A DNA stretch of 63,900 bases, filler included, from Globobulimina sp. (taxonomy: Eukaryota), in NCBI GenBank assembly GCA_003354225.1. It is 51 parts of 51 records of this genome, joined end to end, with 100 filler letters (N's around TTAATTAATTAA, not from the genome) between each part and the next. Parts side by side here need not be neighbours in the genome. Positions count along the whole stretch, not along the records: positions 12,561 to 13,716 come from PIVH01022135.1; positions 13,817 to 14,971 come from PIVH01022136.1; positions 15,072 to 16,226 come from PIVH01022137.1; positions 16,327 to 17,481 come from PIVH01022138.1; positions 17,582 to 18,736 come from PIVH01022139.1; positions 18,837 to 19,991 come from PIVH01022140.1; positions 20,092 to 21,246 come from PIVH01022141.1; positions 21,347 to 22,501 come from PIVH01022142.1; 43 more parts are not named here. One strand, given 5' to 3'. The position numbers and the translations under genes are program-made. Below are positions 13,086 through 23,856 of this stretch, one piece after another (the first letter of the stretch is position 1; each line of letters starts with the position of its first letter). The notes under the pieces were generated by a model. It did no database searches. It saw only the letters and a program-made list of their open reading frames with translations, and was not told where the DNA came from.

Positions 13086-13816
13086 GAGTGCACATATGAT
13101 GCTGTTGGTGCACATATGGAATATATTGGTTATTCAGTTAATGGCAAAGAGGAAGTACTCAAAGCAAAGAAGACTTTTAAGTTTAATAATTTTATGGGAT
13201 TACATAGAAACATTCTTACATTGACAGTTAAGTTTAATTCCATTTTTTTAAATAAACAGCTATATATAATACAACAATATATGCAGCAAACAGAGCGATA
13301 TTCTTTACCAACGAGTTTAAATAAAGCCTAATATAATGAAATCAAGCGGCAACAACGTATGTTAATATGTTTTAATCCGATTGTTGGTGTTTTACTGTTG
13401 ATTGTTGATTTGTGATACTGATTGTTAAAAAACTGTGAAACTGTTTACATCTGAAGTTCACAGTTTTTTTAGAGCTTGCACACATTTATCATGACTCAAA
13501 GCAAACCGCAAGTTGTTATTTGTGTACGCGAAATCCGGCACCGATATTACAAATCAACAAACAAAATTAAATACGCCGCAGAAAAATTATATCCCGCATT
13601 AACATGGCGAGAAAGAGCACATTCAGTTGGATTGGTTATAAATAACAAAGTACCACAAACATCATTGGAATTGGTATCTGATGAAACATTAGAAGAGGAA
13701 ATGGTGAATCGTGCAANNNNNNNNNNNNNNNNNNNNNNNNNNNNNNNNNNNNNNNNNNNNTTAATTAATTAANNNNNNNNNNNNNNNNNNNNNNNNNNNN
13801 NNNNNNNNNNNNNNNN

Positions 13817-14071
13817 TTCATCTAAATCTATTTCACCATTACCATCAATATCGACGGCCGCTACCATTTTTTTGATATCTTTTTTGTTCCATTTTGTAAA
13901 TCCCAAACTTTGGAAAACCTCATATATCTCATCTACAGTAATCACGCCATCTCCATCTTTGTCAAATAATTTAAAAGCATCGCGAAACTCCTCTTTTTCT
14001 GCATCGGTAATACCTACTAAAAGGTCTGAGGCCTCTTGTTTCTTTCCCTCTTGTTTCTTTTCTTCTGCCAT
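13817..14071 (-). CDS. Calmodulin-like EF-hand protein (N-lobe)
   Basis: EFRDAFKLFDKDGDGVITVDE and VDIDGNGEIDLDE canonical EF-hands. Confidence 0.9.
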
Positions 14072-14202
14072 TGCGTCAAGATAATGTCAGATGGTTTTTT
14101 GGCGATTTTGATAGTAACTCCAGCCTGACTACACATTTAATTTAGACTAAGAATGAAACGCATTATGATAATCCTTGCACTTTGCGGTGAAGTGAATTCG
14201 AA

Positions 14203-14610
14203 TTATTTGGGTTGGTGTTGTTGTTGCAGAGCAATCTGCGCTTGAAGTATTTGCTGCATTTCACCAATTTTAGATTCTTTGTCTTTTATTTTATGCTCAA
14301 TATTTTTAATTTGAGTGTCAATTTGTTTGATTTGGTCAGAAATGATATTCATTTTTACTTTAACGTCAGTCTTTGCCTCCTCAACCTCTACTTTTACTAA
14401 AATTGGTCCGGATTTTTTATAAATAACAGCGTCATCCTCTAAAAATTGTAACTCTGCCAATAATAACAAATTCTCATTTTTTGAGGTGTCTAAACGTGTA
14501 CGTTTTTCCAATTTTTCAGCGGTTTGTAATTTCAATTTCTTGTAATTCCCTACAGCTACTTGGTATTTTTGATACAACCCTGTTTGTTGTACTGTTTTTG
14601 GCAAAGCCAT
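14203..14610 (-). CDS. PFDN6: Prefoldin beta-type subunit 6
   Basis: KNENLLLLAELQFLEDDAVIYKKSGPILVKVEVEEAKTDV between coiled coils. Confidence 0.85.
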   Translation of the reverse strand: MALPKTVQQTGLYQKYQVAVGNYKKLKLQTAEKLEKRTRLDTSKNENLLLLAELQFLEDDAVIYKKSGPILVKVEVEEAKTDVKVKMNIISDQIKQIDTQIKNIEHKIKDKESKIGEMQQILQAQIALQQQHQPK

Positions 14611-14645
14611 GATACTTTATTATCCCTAATTATTTATACACAAAG

Positions 14646-14971
14646 ATGGCTACTTGGAAAACAACTTCTAATGACCTTAATGTTTGTGGCTTCTCAAAGG
14701 TTCACATTATATCAAGTATCACACATGAAACACTTTCATATTATTCACCGAATGATATTTCTACAAAATGGCACCATCAATATTGCTCAACAGAGGAAAT
14801 TCAACAATTATTCGACTATAATTCAGAAACAAAAACAAACACCCATTATTCAATAACATTATATGACAAAATATATGAAATGATACATTTAAAAATGGAT
14901 TATACTGGAAATTATTTCAATATTATAAACATCACATGTTTAGTTGGTAGATGTAAATACGATGAATGCAT
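14646..14971 (+). CDS. Hypothetical protein, divergent from prefoldin
   Basis: ATG 35 bp from prefoldin ATG; open to contig end. Confidence 0.45.
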
Positions 14972-15071
14972 NNNNNNNNNNNNNNNNNNNNNNNNNNNNN
15001 NNNNNNNNNNNNNNNTTAATTAATTAANNNNNNNNNNNNNNNNNNNNNNNNNNNNNNNNNNNNNNNNNNNN

Positions 15072-15648
15072 TCTCAAATTTAGGCAAACGGATATGAGCT
15101 GCTGCTTGAGCTACTTGTGGAGGAGGAGGTTGCACATGTTCAAGATGAGGAGGATGCTGTTGAGGCTGTGGAATAGCAGCAACAATTGGTGTCATTGCAG
15201 CTGTGACTGCAGCTGCGACAAGTTCGACTAACTGAGTAGGATCCTGTTCTGCTTTTACAGGAGGAGGAGGATTTGGATGAAGCATAAAATCTAACCGTTG
15301 CTGAATGGTTGCATGGATACGACGAACAACAAGAAATTGATCTCTATATTCTGTTATTTCATCTGAATCAGCATCGATTTCTTTTTGTGTATCATTTTGA
15401 ACTTTTTGATCTTTTAGCTCAATACAATAGTTTATAAGTTTCTCTACTGCTGTGTCATATCTGGATAACTTGTCTTGTAGTTTTGTATAAAGATCACCTA
15501 CTTTTGCTTCAAAATCATGCAGTTGTTGTTCATTAGCCTTTGGAATGTTTGCACGTTGTGCTATAATGTCTGCAATTTCTCTTTTGAGTTTGTAAATGTT
15601 GTCTCTGGATTTGGTACTAGAGGCTTTATAACCACCTAAGGAAGACAT
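15072..15648 (-). mobile_element. Bel/Pao-like LTR retrotransposon gag N-terminus
   Basis: Coiled region, P/Q-rich linker, then IRLPKFE, resembling the start of DUF1759 (KLPKLELP). Confidence 0.6.
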
Positions 15649-15764
15649 GACTCAATACAAGAAAATACAGGAATTGGAAATTTACCAATAGGAAAGTAAA
15701 ATTCGAAAATTGGAAAAATTTCCAAAATTTAAAAATTTTCAAAATTTTGGAAAATTGGAATTTT

Positions 15765-15790
15765 CTTGAAGCTCCAAATTGTTGAAAAGG
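15765..15790 (-). promoter_or_regulatory. Putative LTR 3' end and primer-binding site
   Basis: Minus strand ...TTTTCAACA ATT TGGAGCTTCAAG about 120 bp upstream of gag ATG: CA terminus followed by TGG. Confidence 0.4.
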
Positions 15791-16466
15791 AAAGGATGAA
15801 TGCTTGTGTATGCAATGTAAACGTTTTTATGCAACTCTTGTTTGAGCTTCAAACAGATGCAAACGTTGTAGTACTCTTTTAATACTACTGCAATGATCCA
15901 AATAAAATTGTACAAAATAAAATTATAGCACTCTTTAGCACTATAATTACAACAGGAAATGTGTGAAATATTAAATGGTTTAACCCTAGTATTATCTGAC
16001 TCCAGGATGTTGGTGTAATTTTGACTGACTACCCCAAAATATTGGTGATCGGATAGAATAGGAAAAGGGAAAAAAGGGAAAGGAAAAAATAATCGGACCG
16101 TAAATTATAAGGACCGTAAATTATAAAATTCAAGGACCGTAATTTACAGTACTCAAATATCAACCAACTACATGTATCTATTTTAACCCCTCCTTTCGTT
16201 TGTGAAAGATCAGCAAATTTATGCTCNNNNNNNNNNNNNNNNNNNNNNNNNNNNNNNNNNNNNNNNNNNNTTAATTAATTAANNNNNNNNNNNNNNNNNN
16301 NNNNNNNNNNNNNNNNNNNNNNNNNNGCGCAGCATTGTTGTTGTGGTGGCTTAATAGTTTGATGCACATTTACTTGCCCTTTGTGTTGTGTTGTGTTTTA
16401 TTTATATATATCATCGGATTTGAGTGCAAGTTCAAAATTGTGCATAGTTTGTTAGTGTACTGTTGT

Positions 16467-17309
16467 TTACAACAAATCATGCAAATAAAGATAACATCCT
16501 ACTCCAACACATGACAAATAAATAGTAAAAACAAATCCAAATTGCGAATACACGGATTTCATATCGTGTGTAAAAACAGCTACAACCATAAAATGAAAGT
16601 ATCCAAAAAACCAAATCGGAATAAGAGATTGTACGCCTTTTTGTGCACTCCATTGCGGCCAACACCAAATTAAAACATTACACCAATTCAAAAAAACTTC
16701 AACAATGACACCCAGCCAACCTAACATAAATGCGACAATCCATCGATTTGAAAATGGAAACATTAATATTTTTTTATTTTTATTTTGCGGCAAAAATTCA
16801 ATTGCCGCAATTCCTGCAAATGCAAACATTAAAATAATTTCTATATTCCATCCAATTAATACAACAAAACATGATCGGCCTGACATTAAATACAATAAAA
16901 TTCAACATAAAGAAAACAAACGTAGAGGGAAAGATTTTCTTTATTTTATTAAAATACCTTTTACCATCCATAGAGCAGCATATTTGCTGTCATGTGTTAT
17001 ATAAACATTTATGAGTTCATTCAGTATATCCATCCCAAAAAATGACAAACCCGCTGCTATTACATTCCATCTTGATTTGTTAAAATGTTGTGCATAAAAA
17101 TATAATGTCATTGTAAAAATTGGTATAATCCACCAACCGAAATCATTTGGATTGCGTAATGTCGATAATATTTCTATTGTTTCATGATGGAATGAGTTAA
17201 TTCCTTCTTTCTTTAACCACGGTTTAAGATATTCAAAGTAATACGCATAAAATGAACCGAACCACACAATTAAGAAAGAAACGAGTGTCGCTTCTTCAGA
17301 GAGAGCCAT
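16467..17309 (-). CDS. Multi-pass membrane protein of a prokaryote-type hypothetical family; one intron (16880-16957)
   Basis: GT..AG removal joins ..LWMVKG|RSCFVVLIGWNIEI..; Trp-rich TM segments. Confidence 0.75.
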
Positions 17310-17414
17310 CGTTTAACAGCGGCGAAATTGAGTTGGCAGAGCAATGTTTTTTTTCAGCAAACACTTCGGTTTCTTGCTTTCTTCCTACATTTATCTACAT
17401 TCAAACAGACAAAA

Positions 17415-17481
17415 ATGGCACAATCAAAAGCTGCAGCAACAAAGCGTTTGTTTCGTGATTTGCGTGAATGGAAGAACTGTT
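17415..17481 (+). CDS. Ubiquitin-conjugating (E2)-like N-terminus
   Basis: MAQSKAAATKRLFRDLREW matches the E2 helix-1 A.KRL.+DL pattern. Confidence 0.55.
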
Positions 17482-17623
17482 NNNNNNNNNNNNNNNNNNN
17501 NNNNNNNNNNNNNNNNNNNNNNNNNTTAATTAATTAANNNNNNNNNNNNNNNNNNNNNNNNNNNNNNNNNNNNNNNNNNNNTTTACAATACTAAGTTTTC
17601 GCCTGTTCATTTCATTACATTTT

Positions 17624-18199
17624 TTGTCTTTAGAATATTTATATTATATCCGCAGTTTGTTTTGGTGGCAGTTCAATCAGCGATATTTATCAAATATTAT
17701 TTGTATTTATCGCAGATATCCAATAAAATCCGAGATGCATACGATCAGAACGTATTTTTTAAAACAATATTCGAAGCAGTTTAAAATTGATTATTCAGTG
17801 ACATTAAAACTTGCAATGCAAACATTTTTATCTGCAGAAATAATGTTTGCATTAAATTTATATATTTTTGGTTATTATGTGGGACTATTGAGACAGATGT
17901 TGTATTCCTGCATAGTTTTAATGGTATTTATGTTGTTTGTGTCAAGTGCATCGTTGTTAAGTGAATGTAATGAAAAATTTGAACAAATATTATGGAGAAA
18001 AGGAAAAGAATATTTGATATCAGCTGAGGGGTATTCAGACAATAAAATGTGTTATAACCATACTTTACAATATGTGCAGAAATATCCATTGTGTGTAAAA
18101 ATTGGCTCTTTTGTTGTCACGAAAAGGAATAGTATTAAATTTGTAATAGCATTTGCAATGACAAAAGTGGTTGCAATTGCGCTACGTTCTGTTTTGTAA
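17624..18199 (+). CDS. C-terminus of a multi-pass protein resembling gustatory-receptor-like/7TM ion channels
   Basis: TM helices followed by YVQKYPLCVKIGSFVVT and a final TM. Confidence 0.45.
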   Translation: MSLEYLYYIRSLFWWQFNQRYLSNIICIYRRYPIKSEMHTIRTYFLKQYSKQFKIDYSVTLKLAMQTFLSAEIMFALNLYIFGYYVGLLRQMLYSCIVLMVFMLFVSSASLLSECNEKFEQILWRKGKEYLISAEGYSDNKMCYNHTLQYVQKYPLCVKIGSFVVTKRNSIKFVIAFAMTKVVAIALRSVL

Positions 18200-18836
18200 A
18201 TTGTAATATCATGTTTTGCCATATGGTTTGTGGCTTGTTTTGTTACGTTTTAGTGAGTATTCTGAAGAACAAAAAACATATTCTCAATTGGTTCTTCGAA
18301 ATAAATATCGGACATTAATTTTACTACGTTTTTTATATGCCGATATTCAAAACGTTGAATAAGATCACATTCATCGTAATACAGTTTCAATATAGCCTCA
18401 AGCTGTGGTTCTGTGAGACCCAAAGAGATCCAATATATTGAAATCTTGCAATTTCTTTTGAATTTAACCCATCAACACCAGTGTGATTTTGCATTTTGAA
18501 CATTCGCAGTCTATCTTGGGTTTGAGCTCATTTGTTCAGCCAATTCTGAAGCTTCGCTGTCACTTAACATCGATCCATAATCGATAATAGCAACTGACTT
18601 ATCATATGTATATACACCATATGTAACCATGAAACCAATGCGTGTGCCAAAAAATCCCTTTCTTTTTCAGAGACACCGTCACCAGCCATTATATACGCCG
18701 TCAAATATATCCAATTTGTAATATCATTTTTAACACNNNNNNNNNNNNNNNNNNNNNNNNNNNNNNNNNNNNNNNNNNNNTTAATTAATTAANNNNNNNN
18801 NNNNNNNNNNNNNNNNNNNNNNNNNNNNNNNNNNNN

Positions 18837-19616
18837 AATTTCGGGAATTTTTTAGATTTTGACTCTAATTTGAACAACGTGTTGAAATTAATTTGTGTTA
18901 AATATGCCATGACATCACCAAATTTCTTTTGTTGAATCTGTATATAATTATATACCAAATAGAAATACAAAGATACACATATACAGTAACAAAACATACA
19001 GAATCCCATACACCAGAACCAGAAGCAAACGTTGTTTGGTTTATCAAATCCGAGATAAATTGCGATTTTCCCACTGTCTCAATATCCACCGTGGACTCAT
19101 AACATGTTTGGAAATATGCAGATGCTTTTTGAACCGATGCATAATTAACTAGCGTTTCTTTGGTATTATAAAACAACGCATCCAAAAAAGTTTCTTTTTC
19201 CATTGTTGCAATGGTTTGAAGGCGTCCATACGAAGGATATATTACATTCGTCCAACTGGCATCATCATCCCATCCGTCGCAAACATAATGATAAAAATCA
19301 TGACATGGATCTATATAATCATTTATGTATTTTCTTTTTGTTGAATGAAGAAACAATATAATTCAAACAACGTATACGGACCAACTGAGGTATTTAAAGT
19401 ATTTGATATGTCGGCTGCCAATTGTAGACATTCTGTTGTTAAGCAATATTCAGAAGTTGAACTTTTATTCAATTTGGTGCCAAATATCCCAGCAACAATC
19501 GACACCGTAATCAATAACATGCATGCAACAATCAAGCAGCCCAATGTAATTTTATTGACTTTTTGCTTGGAATTCGAATCATTATCATTATCTAATTTCC
19601 CGTACGATGTTTCCAT
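18837..19616 (-). CDS. Neprilysin/M13 metallopeptidase N-terminus (spliced; intron 19311-19381)
   Basis: Type II TM anchor, YCLTTECLQLAA, SVD|PCHDFYHYVCDGW, KASAYFQTC. Confidence 0.92.
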
Positions 19617-19657
19617 GTCTCACAGATTGACAAAAAAAACTTACGGTTTTTTTTCGA

Positions 19658-19991
19658 ATGTCTCACTCAAGGCGTTATTATGAGCATTTTGAACCAGAAC
19701 CAGATTATCGAATTCGATGTCATCGACATACTTTTACCAAAATCGCAAGACATAATGAAAGGTTCAATTTATCGCAATTGCCAGCGTTATATGAACAATA
19801 TAGCACTAAAAGCATTAGATCTGTGTATAAAGGGAGATTACTTGATTTAGTATCGCATTTTGATGATATATTCGGAATCAAATATAAGAATAATGCCACT
19901 TTAATTATATCTTTAATTTTTAAACGTAAACACCATAAACACGAAGAAAGAGATAGAGACCATCACCAACATCAAAACAAACACAAAAGTG
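19658..19991 (+). CDS. Possible OST-HTH/LOTUS-domain protein
   Basis: FNLSQLPALYEQY....YKGRLLDLVSHFDDIF pattern. Confidence 0.35.
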
Positions 19992-20311
19992 NNNNNNNNN
20001 NNNNNNNNNNNNNNNNNNNNNNNNNNNNNNNNNNNTTAATTAATTAANNNNNNNNNNNNNNNNNNNNNNNNNNNNNNNNNNNNNNNNNNNNATAGGCACA
20101 AGCAAAACAATCAAGCTCATAAAAAGAATTTTATAAATAATGTAGAAAGTTAAAATATAATAAACATAAGAACAATAGTCAAAAAAAACGTCTTTTCTTC
20201 TTTTGTGGTTCAGGACTCTCCGCATCAGAACTACTCTCCTTTTTTTCCCTTTTCACTCCTCCCACTGTTTTCTTTTTGTTTGTTTGCGGTGATGGCAAAG
20301 CTGCTAATATT

Positions 20312-21007
20312 TTATATATATTTTTTTGTTTTTTGCGAAAATGCGTACACTTTTAAAAGAAAAAAAAACAGACCTTTTTTATTTTTATTATTTTTATTAT
20401 ATGCACTTGGTTCACAGCTCAGGCTTTTGAGCTTTTCATTACAAACTGACAAAGCCGGCGGTGAATAATTATCACCAACCTCTGGTGAGACAGCTAACAA
20501 TTTAATAATAGCCGCGCGGTTGCACAATTTCTCGGTCTCAGCAACTTTTTTTTTCAATTTTTCACTCGATGCTGACACAATCTCTTCTAACAATGTATCG
20601 GCCAATATTCTCACATATTCGTCGGCCAATATCACTCCAAAATGAATATCCGTCACCAACTCACACCATTTAACCAAATTCTCCATTTCCTTTTGTTGGG
20701 CTTTGGCGCTTAACAGGGAAAGCTCGACAAATACCAAATACATAAAATCAACCAAAATCCTTTGCGCCGAATAATTTCCAATGATATCATCAATACTAAA
20801 AAATTCATTGCTCTCAATCTGAAAAATTCCTGATTTCTTGACGCCATCCATAGAAACAATGACTAAATGATTTGTAAATCCATGCTTATTTAAATCATTT
20901 ACATTGGCAGCACTTGATATTGCTGTTGTTGGTGCCTTAAAGTCGTCCATCGGGTCGAAGACAAGTTCAATGATAATTTCACCGCTTTGTGAGCCGCCAG
21001 TGTTCAT
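20312..21007 (-). CDS. Hypothetical protein
   Basis: 231-codon ORF with protein-like composition; 3' end low-complexity. Confidence 0.5.
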   Translation of the reverse strand: MNTGGSQSGEIIIELVFDPMDDFKAPTTAISSAANVNDLNKHGFTNHLVIVSMDGVKKSGIFQIESNEFFSIDDIIGNYSAQRILVDFMYLVFVELSLLSAKAQQKEMENLVKWCELVTDIHFGVILADEYVRILADTLLEEIVSASSEKLKKKVAETEKLCNRAAIIKLLAVSPEVGDNYSPPALSVCNEKLKSLSCEPSAYNKNNKNKKGLFFFLLKVYAFSQKTKKYI

Positions 21008-21052
21008 GTTTTCTGTTTTAAAGTGTTGCTACGTTTTTTGCGGTGATTAAAT

Positions 21053-21246
21053 TGAGAGAGTTTGGTGGATTGGCGGCGAAGGAGAGGTATTTTTGCGTCG
21101 CCAGAAAGCGGTGCAAATATTATGAGAGTTTGGTGGATTGGCGGCGGAGGAGAGGTATTTTTGCGTCGCCAGAAAGCGGTGCAAATATTATGAGAGTTTG
21201 GTGGATTGGCGGCGGAGGAGAGGTATTTTTGCGTCGCCAGAAAGCG
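21053..21246 (+). repeat. 68-bp GC-rich tandem repeat (about 2.8 copies, runs off contig)
   Basis: GAGAGTTTGGTGGATTGGCGGCG.. at 21056, 21124 and 21192. Confidence 0.95.
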
Positions 21247-21613
21247 NNNNNNNNNNNNNNNNNNNNNNNNNNNNNNNNNNNNNNNNNNNNTTAATTAATT
21301 AANNNNNNNNNNNNNNNNNNNNNNNNNNNNNNNNNNNNNNNNNNNNATATCCATAACCATAACGAGCCTGTAATTCTTGTGGAAGATGCAAACGATATCA
21401 ATGACATCGACAGTGTCGACGATGATAATTATAATGACAATGACGTTGAACATCATCATCATACACATACACATGATCCCGTCGTACACTCTGTCTTTCG
21501 TAAAATGGGATGTCTCATTTGCTTTGGTTAAGTTTTTATTTATGTATTCACCCAATAATATTATGCATCATTTCCCATGCATTTTGATGTATTACTGAAT
21601 AGGTTTTATCTTT

Positions 21614-22351
21614 ATGATGGCAGTGGAGAAATTTAGTGCGCATTCACATTCCCATTCGTATCATCATAAAGATCGGGATACAGAATGCAAAGAACTGATT
21701 GAAAAGGATAACAAACACAGCCATCATGGACATGGACATAGCCATTCACAGTCCTCCGCATCTTCTGACAATATCACTTCATTTATGGTTGGTTTGTTGA
21801 GTCATTCTGCTGTGGACGGAATTGCTTTGGGCGCCGTATCAAATGAAGGCAATGCCCACTCATTGTCCTTATTGGTGTTTATGGCATTAATGGCGCACAA
21901 AGCACCTGCTGCAATATCCATGACTGCATTTTTAAAAAGAAAATTAAAAAATGCAAATTCACAAAATATTAAAAAAACTGTTATTAAACAACTGCTGTTA
22001 TTCAGTTGTGCTGCTCCGATATTTGCAATTTTAACTTATTTGGTCTTGTCGTGTATTACGTTTATGTTTAATTATAATGTGAATGATATGGATGAGGAGG
22101 AACAGAATGAATCGTCTCAAATGTTGGGATATTGTTTGTTGTTTAGTGGTGGCACATTTTTATATGTTGTTACGTTGCATATTATTCCTGAAATTAAGGA
22201 ATGGAGAAATAGTAAGGAGACGGAGAAGGAGTTAGAGAGTGATCTGCATGAAACACATAATCATGACAGTCATGGCAGTTTAGCTTGGATTGATTTGTTG
22301 ATTCTTACCGTTGGATGTGTTGTCCCTTCGTTATTTGAACATTCCCATTAA
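21614..22351 (+). CDS. ZIP-family zinc transporter (ZIP9-like), last exon
   Basis: His-rich loop, GLLSHSAVDGIALG, MAHKAPAA, LLFSGGTFLYVVTLHIIPE. Confidence 0.93.
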   Translation: MMAVEKFSAHSHSHSYHHKDRDTECKELIEKDNKHSHHGHGHSHSQSSASSDNITSFMVGLLSHSAVDGIALGAVSNEGNAHSLSLLVFMALMAHKAPAAISMTAFLKRKLKNANSQNIKKTVIKQLLLFSCAAPIFAILTYLVLSCITFMFNYNVNDMDEEEQNESSQMLGYCLLFSGGTFLYVVTLHIIPEIKEWRNSKETEKELESDLHETHNHDSHGSLAWIDLLILTVGCVVPSLFEHSH

Positions 22352-22753
22352 AACTTAAGCTGTATAGTCACTGCAGTGCAAGGTTTCGGGTTCTTTTTAA
22401 TTTTGGAACATTGCCAATAGGTTTTCAAGCACTCCACCATGTTAAGATTATTTAATTACAAGCATTCGCAGGATATTGATAAAAAAAATAATATAAATAA
22501 CNNNNNNNNNNNNNNNNNNNNNNNNNNNNNNNNNNNNNNNNNNNNTTAATTAATTAANNNNNNNNNNNNNNNNNNNNNNNNNNNNNNNNNNNNNNNNNNN
22601 NATGGTCCATGCTCATCATAGTTACTTACAGAGTGAAGCAGTCAAATGTTAGTGAAAATAGAAAATTTAAATGTTGATTCATTAAATGAACTAAAAGCAA
22701 AAACCCTATTGCAGTGTACGCAGAAAGGGGATTTTAGTTGGTCGGGGTTAAAA

Positions 22754-23236
22754 TCAATTGAAATAATTGTGTACTGTCATATTTAAATTGGAATAATTGT
22801 GTACTGTAATAAATTTTGGGGGTCTATAATATGAGTATATTGCGATTTGTTTATGTTTTGTATGGATAAGAATGCCACAGATTGCGATATTTGTCTCTCT
22901 GCATTGTGTGATTGGTTTAAAATCGTTGAGTCTTGTGATATCTAAATTATCTCTGTATATTATACCGCATTCTGTTTTTGGTGCCCAGAATTTATATTTA
23001 TTAAATCTGGATTCATGTACTCTGAATTTGTGTTGTTTATCGTTTTTGTCATAATATGTACCGTTTTCGATGTCCGCCCTTGCTGTTACAACAAGTTCTT
23101 GTAATAGGAGTATATCCAAGTTATATTTATGTAATAGTCTTTCAATGTGTTGTTGTTTATAATGGGAACGGTTTGCATCTTGTAGGCCCCTAATATTTAG
23201 GTGCCCAATTTTTAGAACGTGGAAAATGGCTGGATT
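22754..23236 (-). mobile_element. APE endonuclease N-terminus of non-LTR retrotransposon ORF2 (copy 1)
   Basis: LKIGHLNIRGL..YNLDILLLQE..CGIIYR..IYSYYRPP. Confidence 0.8.
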
Positions 23237-23309
23237 TTAGTTTCCAGGCTATGGTTATTATTATCGGAATCCACCAATTGGTATTTGTGAATAATATGTA
23301 ATTTCACTT

Positions 23310-23756
23310 TTATGTTATCCAAAGGGATTTTGGCAACAGTTTGTAGGGTGAAGACGGATAGTATTCCAGATTGCAATACCTCGAAAAGAGAATTAAAAAT
23401 AAAATTATCGATTCTGGAGCATGGTCCAATAATTTGAGTTTTTCCAATTCATCGCTAATTTCGTCATTTATTGTTTCAATTTTATTGTGGGCGTTATCTA
23501 ACTCCACAGATTTGTCCATGAATTTCCTATGGATTGAATTCATTTTCTCTAATTGTTTGTCATTATTATTTTTTTTGTTTAATACGGTAATGTCAACATC
23601 ACCATCCTCGTCATCATTGTCATTTTCTGCTTCATCTTCATTATCATTGAGGTTTGTTATTGCGTTTATTACGGAAGCTTCCGCGATTTGATGGTTATCA
23701 TTGATGAAAGATTGTGTGCTTTGTGAGGATACTGTGGATATGGAGTCGGTAGTGGC
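23310..23756 (-). CDS. Acidic/coiled-coil frame upstream of APE (possible ORF1 C-terminus)
   Basis: Open from contig edge to 23310, same strand as APE. Confidence 0.35.
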   Translation of the reverse strand, partial: ATTDSISTVSSQSTQSFINDNHQIAEASVINAITNLNDNEDEAENDNDDEDGDVDITVLNKKNNNDKQLEKMNSIHRKFMDKSVELDNAHNKIETINDEISDELEKLKLLDHAPESIILFLILFSRYCNLEYYPSSPYKLLPKSLWIT

Positions 23757-23856
23757 NNNNNNNNNNNNNNNNNNNNNNNNNNNNNNNNNNNNNNNNNNNN
23801 TTAATTAATTAANNNNNNNNNNNNNNNNNNNNNNNNNNNNNNNNNNNNNNNNNNNN

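Noticed and set aside
21043-21294. 83-aa ORF
   Set aside because: Lies entirely within the 68-bp tandem repeat
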